The position numbers and the translations under genes were made by a program. This document shows, one piece after another, positions 41,581-53,859 of a stretch of DNA of 64,000 nt. Each line of letters begins with the position of its first letter. Position 1 is the first letter of the stretch. The stretch lies in NCBI GenBank assembly GCA_028534125.1, contig CM052817.1, positions 101,000,001 to 101,064,000 on the forward strand. Direction: 5' to 3'. Source of the DNA: Lama glama (Eukaryota). The notes below the pieces were generated by a model. That model was given only the letters and a program-made list of their open reading frames with translations, was not told the origin of the DNA and did not search any database.

Positions 41581-42019
41581 AAATACTTTTTTTATGAAAT
41601 GCCTGTTCAGTTTTTTTCTCCATTTTTTTTGGTTAGGCTGTTTGTCATCGTCTTCTTATTTTGTAAGAACTTTTCATATATTCTGGCATCAGGTTCTTTG
41701 TCTGATATGTTTTGCAAATCTTTTCTCCCAATATGTGGCTTGCCTATTCATTTTTATAACTGTGCTTTGAAAAGTATTTTAATCTTGATGAAGTCCTATT
41801 TATTAACTTTTTTATAATGTATTCTTTGTGTGAATTATTTAAAAATTTTTGCCAAGCCCAAGATTGTTGAGACTTTCTCCTGTGTTTTCCTCTAGAAGGT
41901 TTATGGCTTTTAGCCATGTAAATGTAGATATTTAGGCCTGTGATCCCTTTCAGGCTAAGTTCTGTATAAATTGTGAAGTATTAAGGGTCATAACTTAATC
42001 CTTGGGTGTCTTTTCTGTC

Positions 42020-43052
42020 TCCTCTCTTGATGAGCTCTTTCTAGTCCTGTGGCTTTGACTGTCAGCTGCATGTTGTTGTGTGTTGACCCCTAGTTTACAT
42101 TTCCAGCCTAGACTGCCATGCTGAATGATCCAATCTCAGAAATACTGTGACCTGTTCAGCACTTCCATGTGCATGCCTGATAGGCATCTCAGACTTCACT
42201 TGTCCAAAGCTGAGCTCCTGATACCCACCTTTCCCCTCTCACACTCTTTGCCACATCAGTATATGGCAGCTTCATTCTTTCAGTTGCTCGGGGCCAAAGT
42301 CTTGGCATCCTGTTTGTTCTCTTTCTCTCACACCTTGCATCTTGATCCATCTGTCAGCACATCCCATACACAAGAATCCCACCTCTTCTCCCTGCTTCCT
42401 CTGTTAGCACCAGAGTCAGGCCACCATTGCCTCACCTGGTGGGTTGCTGCTGAGGTATCCTGACAGGTCTCCATCTTTCCCCCTCTTGCATATTTATAGC
42501 TTAAGTTAGTTACTGTCAGTTTTCTGCTCAGGATCTTCTAGTACCTTCTCATCTCACTCAGCAAAGTAGCCAGAGTCTTTCTGATGACCTCTGAGTTCCT
42601 ACGCCGTCTAGTCCCCATTATCCATCTGACCACATCTCCCACCAGACCCTTACTCAGTCTGTTCCACGCACACTGCCCACTCAGGACCTTAGTGCTTGCT
42701 GTTTCCTGTCTGGGACGTTCCTCTTCTAAGTGTCTTAAAGTTCATTTCCTCACTTCCTTCGGGTCTTTATTCAGATGTCACCTTAATGAGACCTCGTCTA
42801 GCCTTCCTATTTACATTGCATCCGCTCTTCTGCGCGGACATCTCCTGTCCCCCATTGCTGCTTTGTTTTTCTCTGTAACAAGTGTCATTGTCTAACATAC
42901 TGTATAGTTTATTTATCTTGTTTCTCTTTATCCCCTCAATAGAATATAAGGTTCTTGACAGCAGAGTTGTCTTTTTTGTTGATTGCTTGCATTCCAGCCC
43001 CTAGAGTAGTGCCTTACACCAGACCCAGGGTAATATTTACTGAATGAATGTA
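42020..43052 (+). mobile_element. L2 LINE 3' fragment
   Basis: aggcatctcagacttcacttgtccaaagctgagctcctgat...agaatataaggttcttga...tatttactgaatgaatg. Confidence 0.75.
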
Positions 43053-43189
43053 AGTAACATTTTAGGTGTTTTTTTTTTTCTCTGAATCTGCAGTGGGGTT
43101 GCCTGTGGTTCATCAGAACACTGAAAAATGCAGAGCCTCAGTGAAGTTGTGATATAGACAAGACTTTTATCTTTCATAACCTTTCCCTT

Positions 43190-44420
43190 TTTTTAATAAT
43201 GAAAAAATATATTAAGCACATTCAAAAGAATGTTTAACATACAGGCAAAATATAAAGAGTAACAACAACAAAAACCAGCAACCACGTTCCTACCACCCAG
43301 GTTAAGAAACAAAACTATCAATACTTCTGAAGCCTCCTCTGTGCTTTCCCTTACCTCATTTTCCCCCTTCTGCTCTGTCCATAACCCCTATTCTGAATTT
43401 TACTTATTGTTCCTACTGGTTTTCTTTATAATTTCACCACATATGACTGTATCATTCAGTTACATGTGTTTTTGAACTTTATATAAATGGGATCCTACTG
43501 CGGGTGTTTGTTTCCTCTTTTGTTCTGTCTGGTCTTCCTGAGGTTCTTCCATGATGACACATGGAGGTGCCGTTCATTTATCTTCACTCCTATACCGCAT
43601 CCCCGTCACATGAAGAGACCACAGTTTATTTATCGATTCTCCTGTAAATACAAATTTTGGTTAGTTTTTTTGTTTTCTTGATGCTAAAAGCAGTACGGCT
43701 GTGAACATAATTGTACATGTCTCATGGGACACGTGCAAGCTTCTCTAGGGCACATTGTTATGAGCTAATTTGCTGTTCCATAGGATACATGCATCTTTCA
43801 TTTTACTAGCTAATGTACAACAAAGATAGTTGTACAAATGTATGCACCAATCAGCAGTGTACAAGAGTTCTCATTGTTTTAAGTTTTCCTAATGTAGCGG
43901 GCATAAAATAGCATCCCACATCAGTTTTCATTTGCATTTTCCTGTTTCCTGTTGAGGCTGGATGTCTTTTCAAATTTAATTGGTCACTCCTGTTTCCTGC
44001 TGTGTAAAATGCCCACCCATGTTATTTGCTCTTTTTTAATTAGGTAGTTGGTTTGCAGGAGTTCGTCACATTTTCTAGAGACAGACTTTTAGTCAGTACC
44101 TGTAATGCAGATACCTTTATCCAGTTTGTAACTTGTCTTTTCACTATCCTTGTGTGAATAGAAATTCTAAGTTAAAAAATATTTATTTATTTATTTTTAT
44201 TATTTGGGGGGGTAATTAGGTTTATTTATTTATTTATGTTTAGAGGGAGTACTGGGGCATGAACCCAGCACCTCCTGCATGCTGAGCATGCACTCTACCA
44301 TTGAGCTATGCCCTCCCCAGAAATTCTATATTTTAAAGTAATTTAATTTGCCGATCTTTTCCTTATAGTTTATGATTTTTTTTATTTTTAAGAAATTCTT
44401 TCATAGCTAGGGTCATCTGG
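43190..44420 (-). mobile_element. Old L1ME-type fragment, interrupted by a SINE
   Basis: ttgaactttatataaatgggatc...gctgtgaacataattgtacatgtctc...atttgcattttcctg. Confidence 0.6.
44180..44318 (-). mobile_element. tRNA-derived SINE (Vic-1-like, camelid)
   Basis: Reverse complement ggggagggcatagctcaatggtagagtgcatg...ctgggttcatgccccagtac, AAAT-type tail; TSD agaaattcta at 44160 and 44319. Confidence 0.85.
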
Positions 44421-45219
44421 AAACTTTTCCATCTTTCTGTTAAAACATACTGTCCTCAGAGCTCTCCTTTGACCAGTCCCTGACAGTGTGTACTCTGGAA
44501 GAGATCTGAAACTCAGTCACGCTGACAGAGGTGTGACTGAGAACAGGTCAAGTTCAGAAAATATTTTTATGTAAATAGGAATCAAGTGAGAGCTAGCCTG
44601 TAATGTTTTATTTTATTTTACTTATTTTTTGCTAGCTATTACTTTAATTGACTCTAGTGTCTTACAGGAAAGAGATTTGGTCCTAAAATCAAACTCCACT
44701 CATGTAAGGAGAGCCCTGGTTAAACCTTAATTAGCATAATCTGACCTTTCCTGAGTAGATGCTGATATAAAAAATCAGTTTATCATTTAAAAGCTTGTTT
44801 TAAAAGTGATTGCAATGCAAAACTTTTATGTCTAGACCTAAAGAAGTCAATATGAATTAATGAAATTCTGTGTTAAGAATGTTTAAACAAATTTTTTTGT
44901 AATATTATTAACTTGAATGGTGCTAACCAATGCATAATTTGGAAGAAATTAAGTGCTATCTTAGTGCTTGAAAAATGTGTTCATTTTAGAAGCACAAAAT
45001 GATGGGGTTGTAAAGGGACCCTTAAAGGTTCTTCTGAGGTGATCTGTCAGGCAGAGGAATTCCTTCTGCGGCATCTCTGTCCTTGGACTGAAGACCGTAT
45101 CAAGGCAGGCAGCGTTGATAAACCAACTGTGCCCATGCAATCTTGTCAGCAGAATTTATTTGCTTAGCACAAACCTTTTTTTCATTGTTCTAAGGTAAAC
45201 TTCACATTAGTTTCTATCT

Positions 45220-46084
45220 TTGAAAAGGAAAAAACCCTGTTTCTTGTCTCACTCACAACACGTCTCACTTTGACATCAGTTGTGTAGGGTTTTTTCCCGC
45301 ACAGACCAGTTCCCTGATTTTCCAAACACTGGCTGGATGTTCTGCAGTTCGGTTCAGTTCTGACACTGTGGGCCTCCCTCACCACCACCTTCAGACACCA
45401 TTCAAAAGTCCAGGTTGCCACCTAAGCTTCCAACCAACTGCGAATAAACCGAAGTTTCCCATGACCCCCTCCTTAAGTTCAGTCATTTGCTGGAGCACTC
45501 ATAGAGCTCTGGAAACAGCTTACTCATTAGATTACAGGTTTATTACAAAAAATATTAAAGGATACAGATGAAGAGGTCATAGGGCAAGGTCGGAAGGGTC
45601 CTAAACACAAAAGCTTCTGTCCCTGTGGGGTTTGGGGTGCACCACCCTCCGGGCTTGTGGATATGTTAACCAACCCAAAAGCTGTCCAAACCCCATACTT
45701 AAGGGATTTTTATGGAGGCTTCATTATGTAGGCATGGTTGATTAAATGACTGTCCAGAGGCTGGGTCGTGAGGGTGAAAATTTCCACCTTCCAATCACAG
45801 TTTAGTTCCCCTGGCAACCAGCCCCTAAGCTATGGTTATCTAGGGGCTTTCCAAATATCCCCTCACTAGCATAAAGTCAGATGTGGTAGAAGAGGACTTG
45901 CTGTGAATAACAAAAGACAATCCTTCCACCTTTATAGCTCTGGGACTATTTCAGGAGCAGAACCAGAGACCCAATATTATAACAAAAGATACTACCTTGG
46001 CTCTTATCACTTAGGAAATTAACAAGGGTTTTGGGAGCTCTGTGCCTAGACCAAGTGTTTATTTATTATAAATCACAATCTTAC
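45220..46084 (-). mobile_element. MER21-like LTR
   Basis: ttcagttctgacact...cttatcacttaggaaatt...aagggttttgggagctctgtgcc...ttattataaatcacaat matches reverse-complemented MER21. Confidence 0.7.
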
Positions 46085-46395
46085 TTCTTCCAAGTTCCAT
46101 ATCAGTGGGTTATAAATAAATGAGAGTTTATTTTACTGAGAAAAGTCAATGTCATCTGAAAATTTAACAAATAGGTAAACTTAGATTCATTGAAATCTAA
46201 TGAGTCCTTATTCTGTATCAGTGTTCTAGGTAGTACCTCGTTCCATTTAACCCTGACAGCGGCACTGCAAATTCAGTTTGGTAATGTCATCCTTGATGCC
46301 AATGAAATTAGAAGTAGCCTGTGCCTGGTGTGGAGACAGAAAGAGAAGGGGGTAAGGGCACAGCCATTAAACGAATGACATAGCCATTGAGAGTA

Positions 46396-46856
46396 TGATG
46401 TAAACTGGTTAGAACCAACTCAGCCCAAGATGGCAGAAGATTCACTTCCAGCAGACCTTAAGCCTCATAGGCTCATTGTAGTACATTAGTTGCTAAGGAC
46501 ATGTCAGGTGCCATGACAGTTCCTAACCATAAAAGGCCAAGAATGGGGTGGGGGCAATTCCTGGAAATCCCTGCCCCTTCCCCAAAATAGTTGGAATAAC
46601 CCTCCCACTTATTAGCATATGAAATTACCCAGCCCATGAAAATCTAACCACACCCACACCCCAGGCCTTCTAAGACAGACCTGCTATCTGCCTATGGAAT
46701 GTGTATCTCGCCAAATAAACCTGCTTTTACTGTACTGTGGCTCACTCTTGAATTCTTTCCTTTGCAAGCCAAGGACCCTAACTTGGTGGCCCGTTCCAGG
46801 GACTCTCTGGAGACCTGGGACATGACTGTCCTCTCACGCCCCGTTCTCCTGCAGCA
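46396..46856 (+). mobile_element. ERV1 solo LTR, MER41-like
   Basis: TG...CA ends with GTA(T) on both flanks; caagatggc, gccatgacagtt, aattcctggaaatccctgcccct, ttagcatat, AATAAA (46714), ttgaattctttc...ccaaggaccc as in MER41-group LTRs. Confidence 0.7.
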
Positions 46857-47331
46857 GTATCACAGAGAAAACTAGGAAGTGGTAACTAAGACTGGCATGC
46901 AGACCTCCTGATTCCAGGGTCTTTCTGGTAATTTCTATAAAGAAACAGTACTAGCAATAGGAATACTTTACTAATGCCCTAGATTAATAACAAATAACAG
47001 ATTTGGGGAGGCTGTGACCAGTATCAAACTCTGTCTAATGCAACTCTTCCCAGAAAATTGGAGGTAAAAGTTCTCCAAGATACTATATTACATTTACTCC
47101 TAACCTGCAGTTAGGTCTTGGGGCTGGTTAGTAGCAGTTTTGCCTGGCTTGTGTGAGTCTCTGTTCCCTAGCTGCTTTCCATCTCAATTTCTCTCATGTA
47201 TCTGAACCATCCAGCTTATTAGCCTTTCTTCCTGCTAAGCTTGTCCTCCCCGCCTTGATTTTCCTCCTTTTCACTGCTCACTGAACCCTCATTCATTCCT
47301 AGGAAACTACATTCTTGACCTTTTTCATAGA

Positions 47332-47695
47332 TGTACCTCTTACCTTCTGCTGCATAACAAAACACCGACAGCTTTAGGAGCCTGGAACAACAATGATTTA
47401 TTTCCCACAAGTGCGTAGGTTGGGTAGGTGGGTTCTTCCAGTTTCACTTTGATGCTGGGCACTGAGAGCAGCTGGAATGGCTGGGCCTCTGTCCCTGGAG
47501 ACTTTTCAGCCCAAAGGAGGCCAGATGGGGCTTCTTCACAAGATGGCGGCAGTAGTCCCCCAGGGCAGGCACTTGCTTATCAAGCCTCATTTTTTAATAG
47601 TACAGGCCAAGCTCATTTTCATTGTGGAAGCCTCCCCTAAGGGTGTGGATATGGAAAGGGGTAACTGGGGCCATTATTATAACAGTCATTATAAT
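47332..47695. mobile_element. MLT1-type MaLR LTR
   Basis: ctgctgcataacaaaacacc...aacaacaatgatttatttcccaca...cttcttcacaagatggc. Confidence 0.55.
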
Positions 47696-48344
47696 AGAAT
47701 ACTGTGCTCACCTCCTGTTTGCCTTCTAGAAACCTGCTTGTCCTGTGATTATCCTGTTTTCTTAATAATTGCCCCTGGGTGGAGGTTCACCATCCTTTGA
47801 AATACTCCCCTCATCTCAGAACTAGACGGCAGGGGAGTTAGAGTTCTCCCATCCCAGTGTTCTCCTTCATCCTTTCTTGAGAAAATTCTCTTCTCCCCTA
47901 CCTACCCATTTATCACATTAATCATCATTTCTGCTGGCCTCTGCCTTACTTACCTTTGTATTCCTGTATCCCAGGTGCAGTGCCTAACACATTGGTTACA
48001 TGTTTGTTGTCCTTGGACCTGGCACCAGAGGTTTTCATTTAGGAAGGTTGCAGGCCTTAAATGTCTGACCAGATAAGTTCAAGATAATTCTTTTTAGTTT
48101 TTACAGACACTTTTTAGTTGTCGTCATTTCATGCTATCTGTTCCTCTTAAACTGTATCCCTGCCAGAAACATTCTGATCTTTGTCAGAGAAAGAGGAAAG
48201 AATCCTTTTTATTTTTCAAACAACTAGGTGAATCTGGCAGCTCCAGATGCCCTAAATGTTAACCCAGCTTCTTCTCTAGGCTTGAGTTATTCATTCCCTG
48301 GGGTCAATACTTAGTTTCTGGCTTACCTCTCTCCTTCCTTTTCC

Positions 48345-48442
48345 ATCCCCTAAGAATGTGAGCTCATGAGGAGACACCTAGAACAGTGCCTGGCACGCAG
48401 AAGGTACTTCATGAATATCTGCTGAATGAGTAAATGAATGGA
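48345..48442 (+). mobile_element. L2 3' terminus
   Basis: agaatgtgagctc...cctagaacagtgcctggcacgcagaagg...gctgaatgagtaaatgaat. Confidence 0.65.
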
Positions 48443-49611
48443 ATTAAAAGTTATCTGAGATACTTTAAATAAAAATCTGTTACTGAAAGTGTACATAGTG
48501 CAATCCATTTATGTTTTAAAATTTTGTATATAAACCTAGAAACTTTGTCAAAGGATACACGAGAAAATGTTAACAGTGATTCTCTCGGGTCAGAGGAGAA
48601 TAAATGCATGGATCAGGAGATTTTACTTGCAATCTTGAGCATATGCTGTTTTTATAATATTTTAATTTTAAAAATAAAAGACTTTACAAATCAAGAATAT
48701 CCCATATAAATATTAGTGTTATTTCCTTTATAGAGGTCGATGAACGGAGAAATGGCCAGAGAGACTATGCGTGTGTGTTTATAGTGAATACAGATTTCAT
48801 ACCCTGTATAAAATGTTATATCCTATTTTTTCACTTAGCATCGTGTATCAGATGTCTTTACATCATTAAAAATTATTAAAGCTCAGTTTTAATGAATATT
48901 GCATTGGATGGCTATATAAGAGTTTATTTTATACTTTATTATTGAACATTTTGCAGTTACAAATAACACCGCAGGAAACATTTCATTCGTAAAATCTTTG
49001 TGATGCTTTGCTGATTTCTTTAAAAGAGTCATAGATACAGTGTTACTTGGTTAAAATATACTCTTGATATCATTCAAAGTAATAAGCAATTGAAAATAAC
49101 TGAGAGGAATCTGAGTAAATTGGCTTTCTGGGCAACACTTGCCACCACTCCTTCAATCTTTGCAGAGAACTGCAGTGCTTAAAAGTATCCCGCCTACTTA
49201 GTTTTACATAAAGTGTAGCCTGAATGATGTCCATACTTGCTGTATAGCATAGATCATGTAGTTATTATTTAGATGTAATTTTCCTCTCTTCAACATTTGA
49301 TTTTGAATGCACTTCATTTGAAGGGAGACCTAATGATATTCTTAATTAAGGTATGCTCAGTAATGTCTGAAAAGGGTTAAGAGAGTACATATTTAGCTTC
49401 TTAAACTGATCTATTCCCTCAGAGAAGTTAAAAACTCAACAAAGACTCAGTGACTGCAAAGCAATGTACAACTGGTGTGTGTGCAATACTTTGTCAGAAC
49501 AGCTTTTCCTGAGGAGAGAGACGCTCTTTCATGAAGACATGTAATAAATCACTTTATATTTCATTGTCGTCGGTCTTAACGCTTGGTCTTGTAACTCTGC
49601 CCTGTTCACAG

Positions 49612-49767
49612 GTTAAAGTGTTGCACAATCAGCTGGTCCTTTTCCACAATGCCATTGCCGCCTACTTTGCTGGGAATCAGAAGCAGCTTGAACAGACACT
49701 TAAACAGTTCCATATCAAATTGAAAACCCCTGGAGTGGATGCCCCATCTTGGCTTGAAGAACAGTAA
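49612..49767 (+). CDS. ARFIP1: ARFIP1 terminal coding exon (VKVLHNQLVLFHNAIAAYFAGNQKQLEQTLKQFHIKLKTPGVDAPSWLEEQ*)
   Basis: ttcacag|GTT acceptor, phase 0; ends in the arfaptin C-terminus PSWLEEQ and TAA; preceded by a 26,977-nt intron. Confidence 0.97.
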   Translation, partial: VKVLHNQLVLFHNAIAAYFAGNQKQLEQTLKQFHIKLKTPGVDAPSWLEEQ

Positions 49768-51475
49768 AATCACACCTGGGGGAACAAAGAAAGTCAGATT
49801 GTTATATTTCCAAATAAACCTAGAAAGAATTAAGCGGAAGGCGGGGGAAGAGGAAAAGGGTGACAACCATTGTAGTGATTCTTGCACAAACAGCTTTAAT
49901 TTTTCCCTTTTCATACTTTAACAATTGAACTGTTAAATTTGATGGGAAGGTGGGTAGTTTTAATGTAAACATAATTTCTATAATCTGAACACAGTAATTT
50001 TCCTTTTTGAGAAATCTTTTTGTATTGTGAGGGTTGATGGCTATTTCTGTAGTTTGAAAACACCTAATATAGATTTGCACTGACAAGACAAAAATTCAAG
50101 GTTTTTGGTCCTGCAACCGAGGACCTGTTGTAACTTTTCCAAAGGGAGGTTTACACGATTTGTATCAACATCAGATATTTTATATATGAATATATTAAAC
50201 ATCTTTAAGAGATTCATTTTCATGTATTGTCTTAAAGAAAAAAGAAACTATTTTGCAGAGTAAAATTATATGGTGTTCCTGCAGCATCCGCACAGAGGCG
50301 GCAGCTCTAATGAATGACTGACTGGCTTGTGGAGTTGTGGCAAATACCTTTTTAAAAGTAAATCTGTACCATTGTAATTTTGCTGAGACTTTTCCTTAAA
50401 GACGCAGGAATCACACTGTCATTTCTGAGGCTCCTGAGCTTATGAATTTGTGTCACCCAGAGTCATGGAATGGTTATGTTAGCAATTTCTTTGATTCATA
50501 ATGAAACGTGCTTAAAGAATTTTTTTTGACAGGTAGACTTGAGAACAGAAATTCCTGATGGTTTCTAGAGTAGAAATCTGTGCTTAGAAAGCTAGTTTTT
50601 TGGGTAAATTCCATTTTGACAGAAGTGAATTCCTAGATAGCTTTCATTGACTTCCATATGTAACAATACCGGTTAAGCCTTAAATCACAGCTACGTGCCT
50701 TCTCAGATGCAGTAATTCTCATTCAACCAGTGTACATAAGTCCATAAAGAAAGCCCCTTTCAGATAATGTTCGATGCATCTGTTCCTTCCTTGGAAGGGA
50801 GCGCTGTGCATAAGTGTTGAGTTTCTTTGTGTTTGTTAAACCACATTGAAGGTTTATGGAGAAATCAACTTTTGAATTTGCTGTTTGGTTTTTCTTCATT
50901 CCTTTTGCGGAGTGAGGACTCCTGTTCGTCTGAGTAAAGGAAAGGTGACGTGGGTCCGTGTGGTGGTAGCAAGAAGGAAGGGGCTGGGGAAGCCAATACT
51001 GTTTCAGTTGCTCAGCACCGTTGGTTTTGTGTTCTGTGGTTGGCCTGTCTGCTGTGAGGTTTTATCACTAATGTAATCCTTTTAAAATATAAGTTCTGTT
51101 GATTTTTGTCATAGACATAAATTAATATTTTGAGAGGTATCGCTTCACCTGTTCATTTCTTTTGTGTTGAAATGAAGTACTTAAAATTACTGTTAATACA
51201 TGAACTTTGTGGACTGTAAGATTTGTTATATATGTTCAAATGCCATTTAGCTGGCTTTTTAATTAATATGCCTGTTTTCAGTGCTTAATACAATGTATGT
51301 GACTGTAAATCATAAACCTATTTTAAATCATTCCCTCCTGTATATTTGTACTCTGAGAGAGCCTTATTTTATTCTTCCAGCAGAATTACTACTTGTGATA
51401 GTTCATTTACATTCCCCAGAATGTGCCTCTGGTGTGAATTTTGTATTCTTATTAAAAGTGTTTGCTGCAGTACCT
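49768..51475 (+). other. ARFIP1: ARFIP1 3'UTR (3' end approximate)
   Basis: AU-rich sequence with no recognisable repeats after the stop codon, running to an ATTAAA preceded by multiple TGTA motifs. Confidence 0.7.
51451..51456 (+). terminator. Polyadenylation signal ATTAAA (probable main ARFIP1 site)
   Basis: ATTAAA with TGTA (CFIm) motifs at 51294, 51304, 51339, 51347 and 51442, and pyrimidine-rich sequence downstream. Confidence 0.6.
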
Positions 51476-53859
51476 CCTTTCCCTGGCTCTTCATGATTTA
51501 AAGTAAGAAGTAACTAGTTGGAAAAACATGTGATTTGTCATTAAAAACAATGACAAAAAATGGTGCACTGAGAACACTGAGACTGTTACTGAAGCTTATC
51601 CCATAGAGTGAAACTAGAAGTTTCCTTAGAGACTTTTTTTTAGTCTCTGAGTTTAAGGCCCTTTTTTTTTTTTTTAATACAGATGAAGACACAAAGGACC
51701 AAAAACCTATTAAACTGTCTTAGTCAACCCCCATCTCCAAATGTAATGCCAAATGGGAATTTGCAACTAAATGTATGAATTCCCCTTTAAATCCTGCCAT
51801 TTCAACTGCATGATTAAATCAGTGTGTCGAGAGTGTCATTTCTTCTCTAAAGCACTATGTCTAAATGCCTTCTCAATTGAAAAACACAGTCCACCCCCAA
51901 ATAGATTCATATTAGATATATTTCAAAGTATATACAATCCACTGATCTTAATGTGTTCTGAAAAAGAAATCATGTAAACCCAGAAAGGACTATATAAAGT
52001 AAAATTATGCATATTGAAAAGCTAAAGATAAATCTTTTAATCATGGGACTGTTATTTTGAAAAATAAAGGATCTACCTTTTGTGCTCAGTCTCTACCCTC
52101 CACTGAAGATGACTGTAGGTGTGAAAAATAAAAGCAGATTATCTAAATTGCAAGTTCAGTGCAACATTTGTGTATAATTTGTACTCATTTTTGTGAAGTA
52201 CTAAGAATTCCTGCATTTTGTCATAATATTCCTTAATATCTTTTGCCACTAGCTCTTTTCTTGAACCTTCCTGTTGCCTACAAGAGTTGAGACCATCCAA
52301 GATCCTTCATCACTCAATTCTAACCAAAGGCTTTTTTTTTTAATTATTCACCCTGTAAGATTGCAAATTTTTATTTGGCTAAGACTATTCAGTTGTAAAT
52401 AGGCTATTTTCTGATCAGAAGTCCAGTTATATTTTTCATTAGTTCAAAGCTTTTCCAAGGGCCACAGGTCCTAAACTATTTTTACAACATAGCAAGACCT
52501 GTTAAAATAGAATGACAATGCAAACAACTTTCGTCTTTTAAGGACTGTCATTAAATTCTATTCTGTGTTCCCACTTGAAGGTTTCCTGCTCAACAGGTTT
52601 CCTGACATAAATGAGTCTTTATAATCAAGTGCCAAGTGTTTCTCCTAATGTGCAGAAAACTATGACATTCAGCTTTGTTTTTATGAAATAAAGGTTAGCT
52701 CTTAGCAGTTGATGTGTGTTAAGTGAGAACTATTTGTTATTCTGGTCCTAACTCTGCTGCGGAAAGAGAAGACTCCAGATGAGCAAGGGAAGTTAGACCC
52801 AGTCTGACAACCATCACTGTTCCTTAATTGACTGACAATTGATAACGCCATCAGAGCTGGTGAATGTCCGTGACATTTTTACAAATGAAACTTCCAGTAA
52901 AAATAATCATAGTAATTAAGCCAAAATTTGTTTTGTTTGGGCTCGAGCTAGGCTTTGCCGTAAGCATCCTCTGGCAAAGATTGTAAGCTTTCTGCAACCG
53001 TGGTTTATCACGAGTTGCTGATTCACTGGAAAGATGAAAGAAGAACAAGATACCACTTCATTGATCTTAGACACAAAAGTAACTTTCCTTAACAGACTTT
53101 TGCTTTGCTACAAGTGTGTGTTTGTATAAATATCTTAGGGATCAAATGTACACCACACTGGCACAGGGGGTAGGAGGGAAGAGGGTGGGGGGTGGGAGGG
53201 GTTGGGGGGAGGGGTGAGGGGTACATATAGGGAAGTAAAATGTAACCCGTACTAGTCTTCACTACATCTTAGAGCTTTGATTATTGAAGTTTTAAAGAAA
53301 AAGCAAACTCACTGTTAAAAAAAAAAGGAGTGGAAGATACTACAGGGTAGGGTGAGGGAAGGTCACTTTCATCCCGTTGGCTTTGCTGGAAAGTTTTAAA
53401 ACTATGAAATTTTTAGCATAATGACTGAAGTCCTCAAATTATTTTTATATATGTGACTTGACTTTGATCCTCCCCCTAAATGATTTATAATTCCATATTA
53501 GGAAGCTTTTTATGAAAAACTACCTAAAGTTTCAGGCAGATAATTATACCTCTTTCCTTTGACGAGTATATATATACTTATTATGGCTAGACTCTAAGCT
53601 CTTGAGAAGGGCACAGTGTATGCTTTTGATTCACCCTGAGTCCTCAACTCCTTGCATAGTTCTTAGCTCACAAGAGCTGTGTATTAAAAATGTGTCCGGT
53701 TTTTGATAGAAAGTTAAAATGCAGAAAAGCATTTGATGATTGCACCACCATTTCATTTGAGTTACAAAGGAGTCGGTACATTTGTAACTTACTCTAAATC
53801 TATGTCAGAGTGCTACCTAAGTTACTAGGATGTTTACAGATGAATCACCATTTTTTTTT

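Larger units (their letters stand above)
39560..41985 (-). mobile_element. Mosaic of old L1M fragments (nested)
   Basis: ORF2-like CIHCWWECKL (39809-39994), tttacattcccaccagcaatgtatg, and an L1MC-type 3' end starting at ctttattgaggtataattt (about 40739). Confidence 0.7.
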
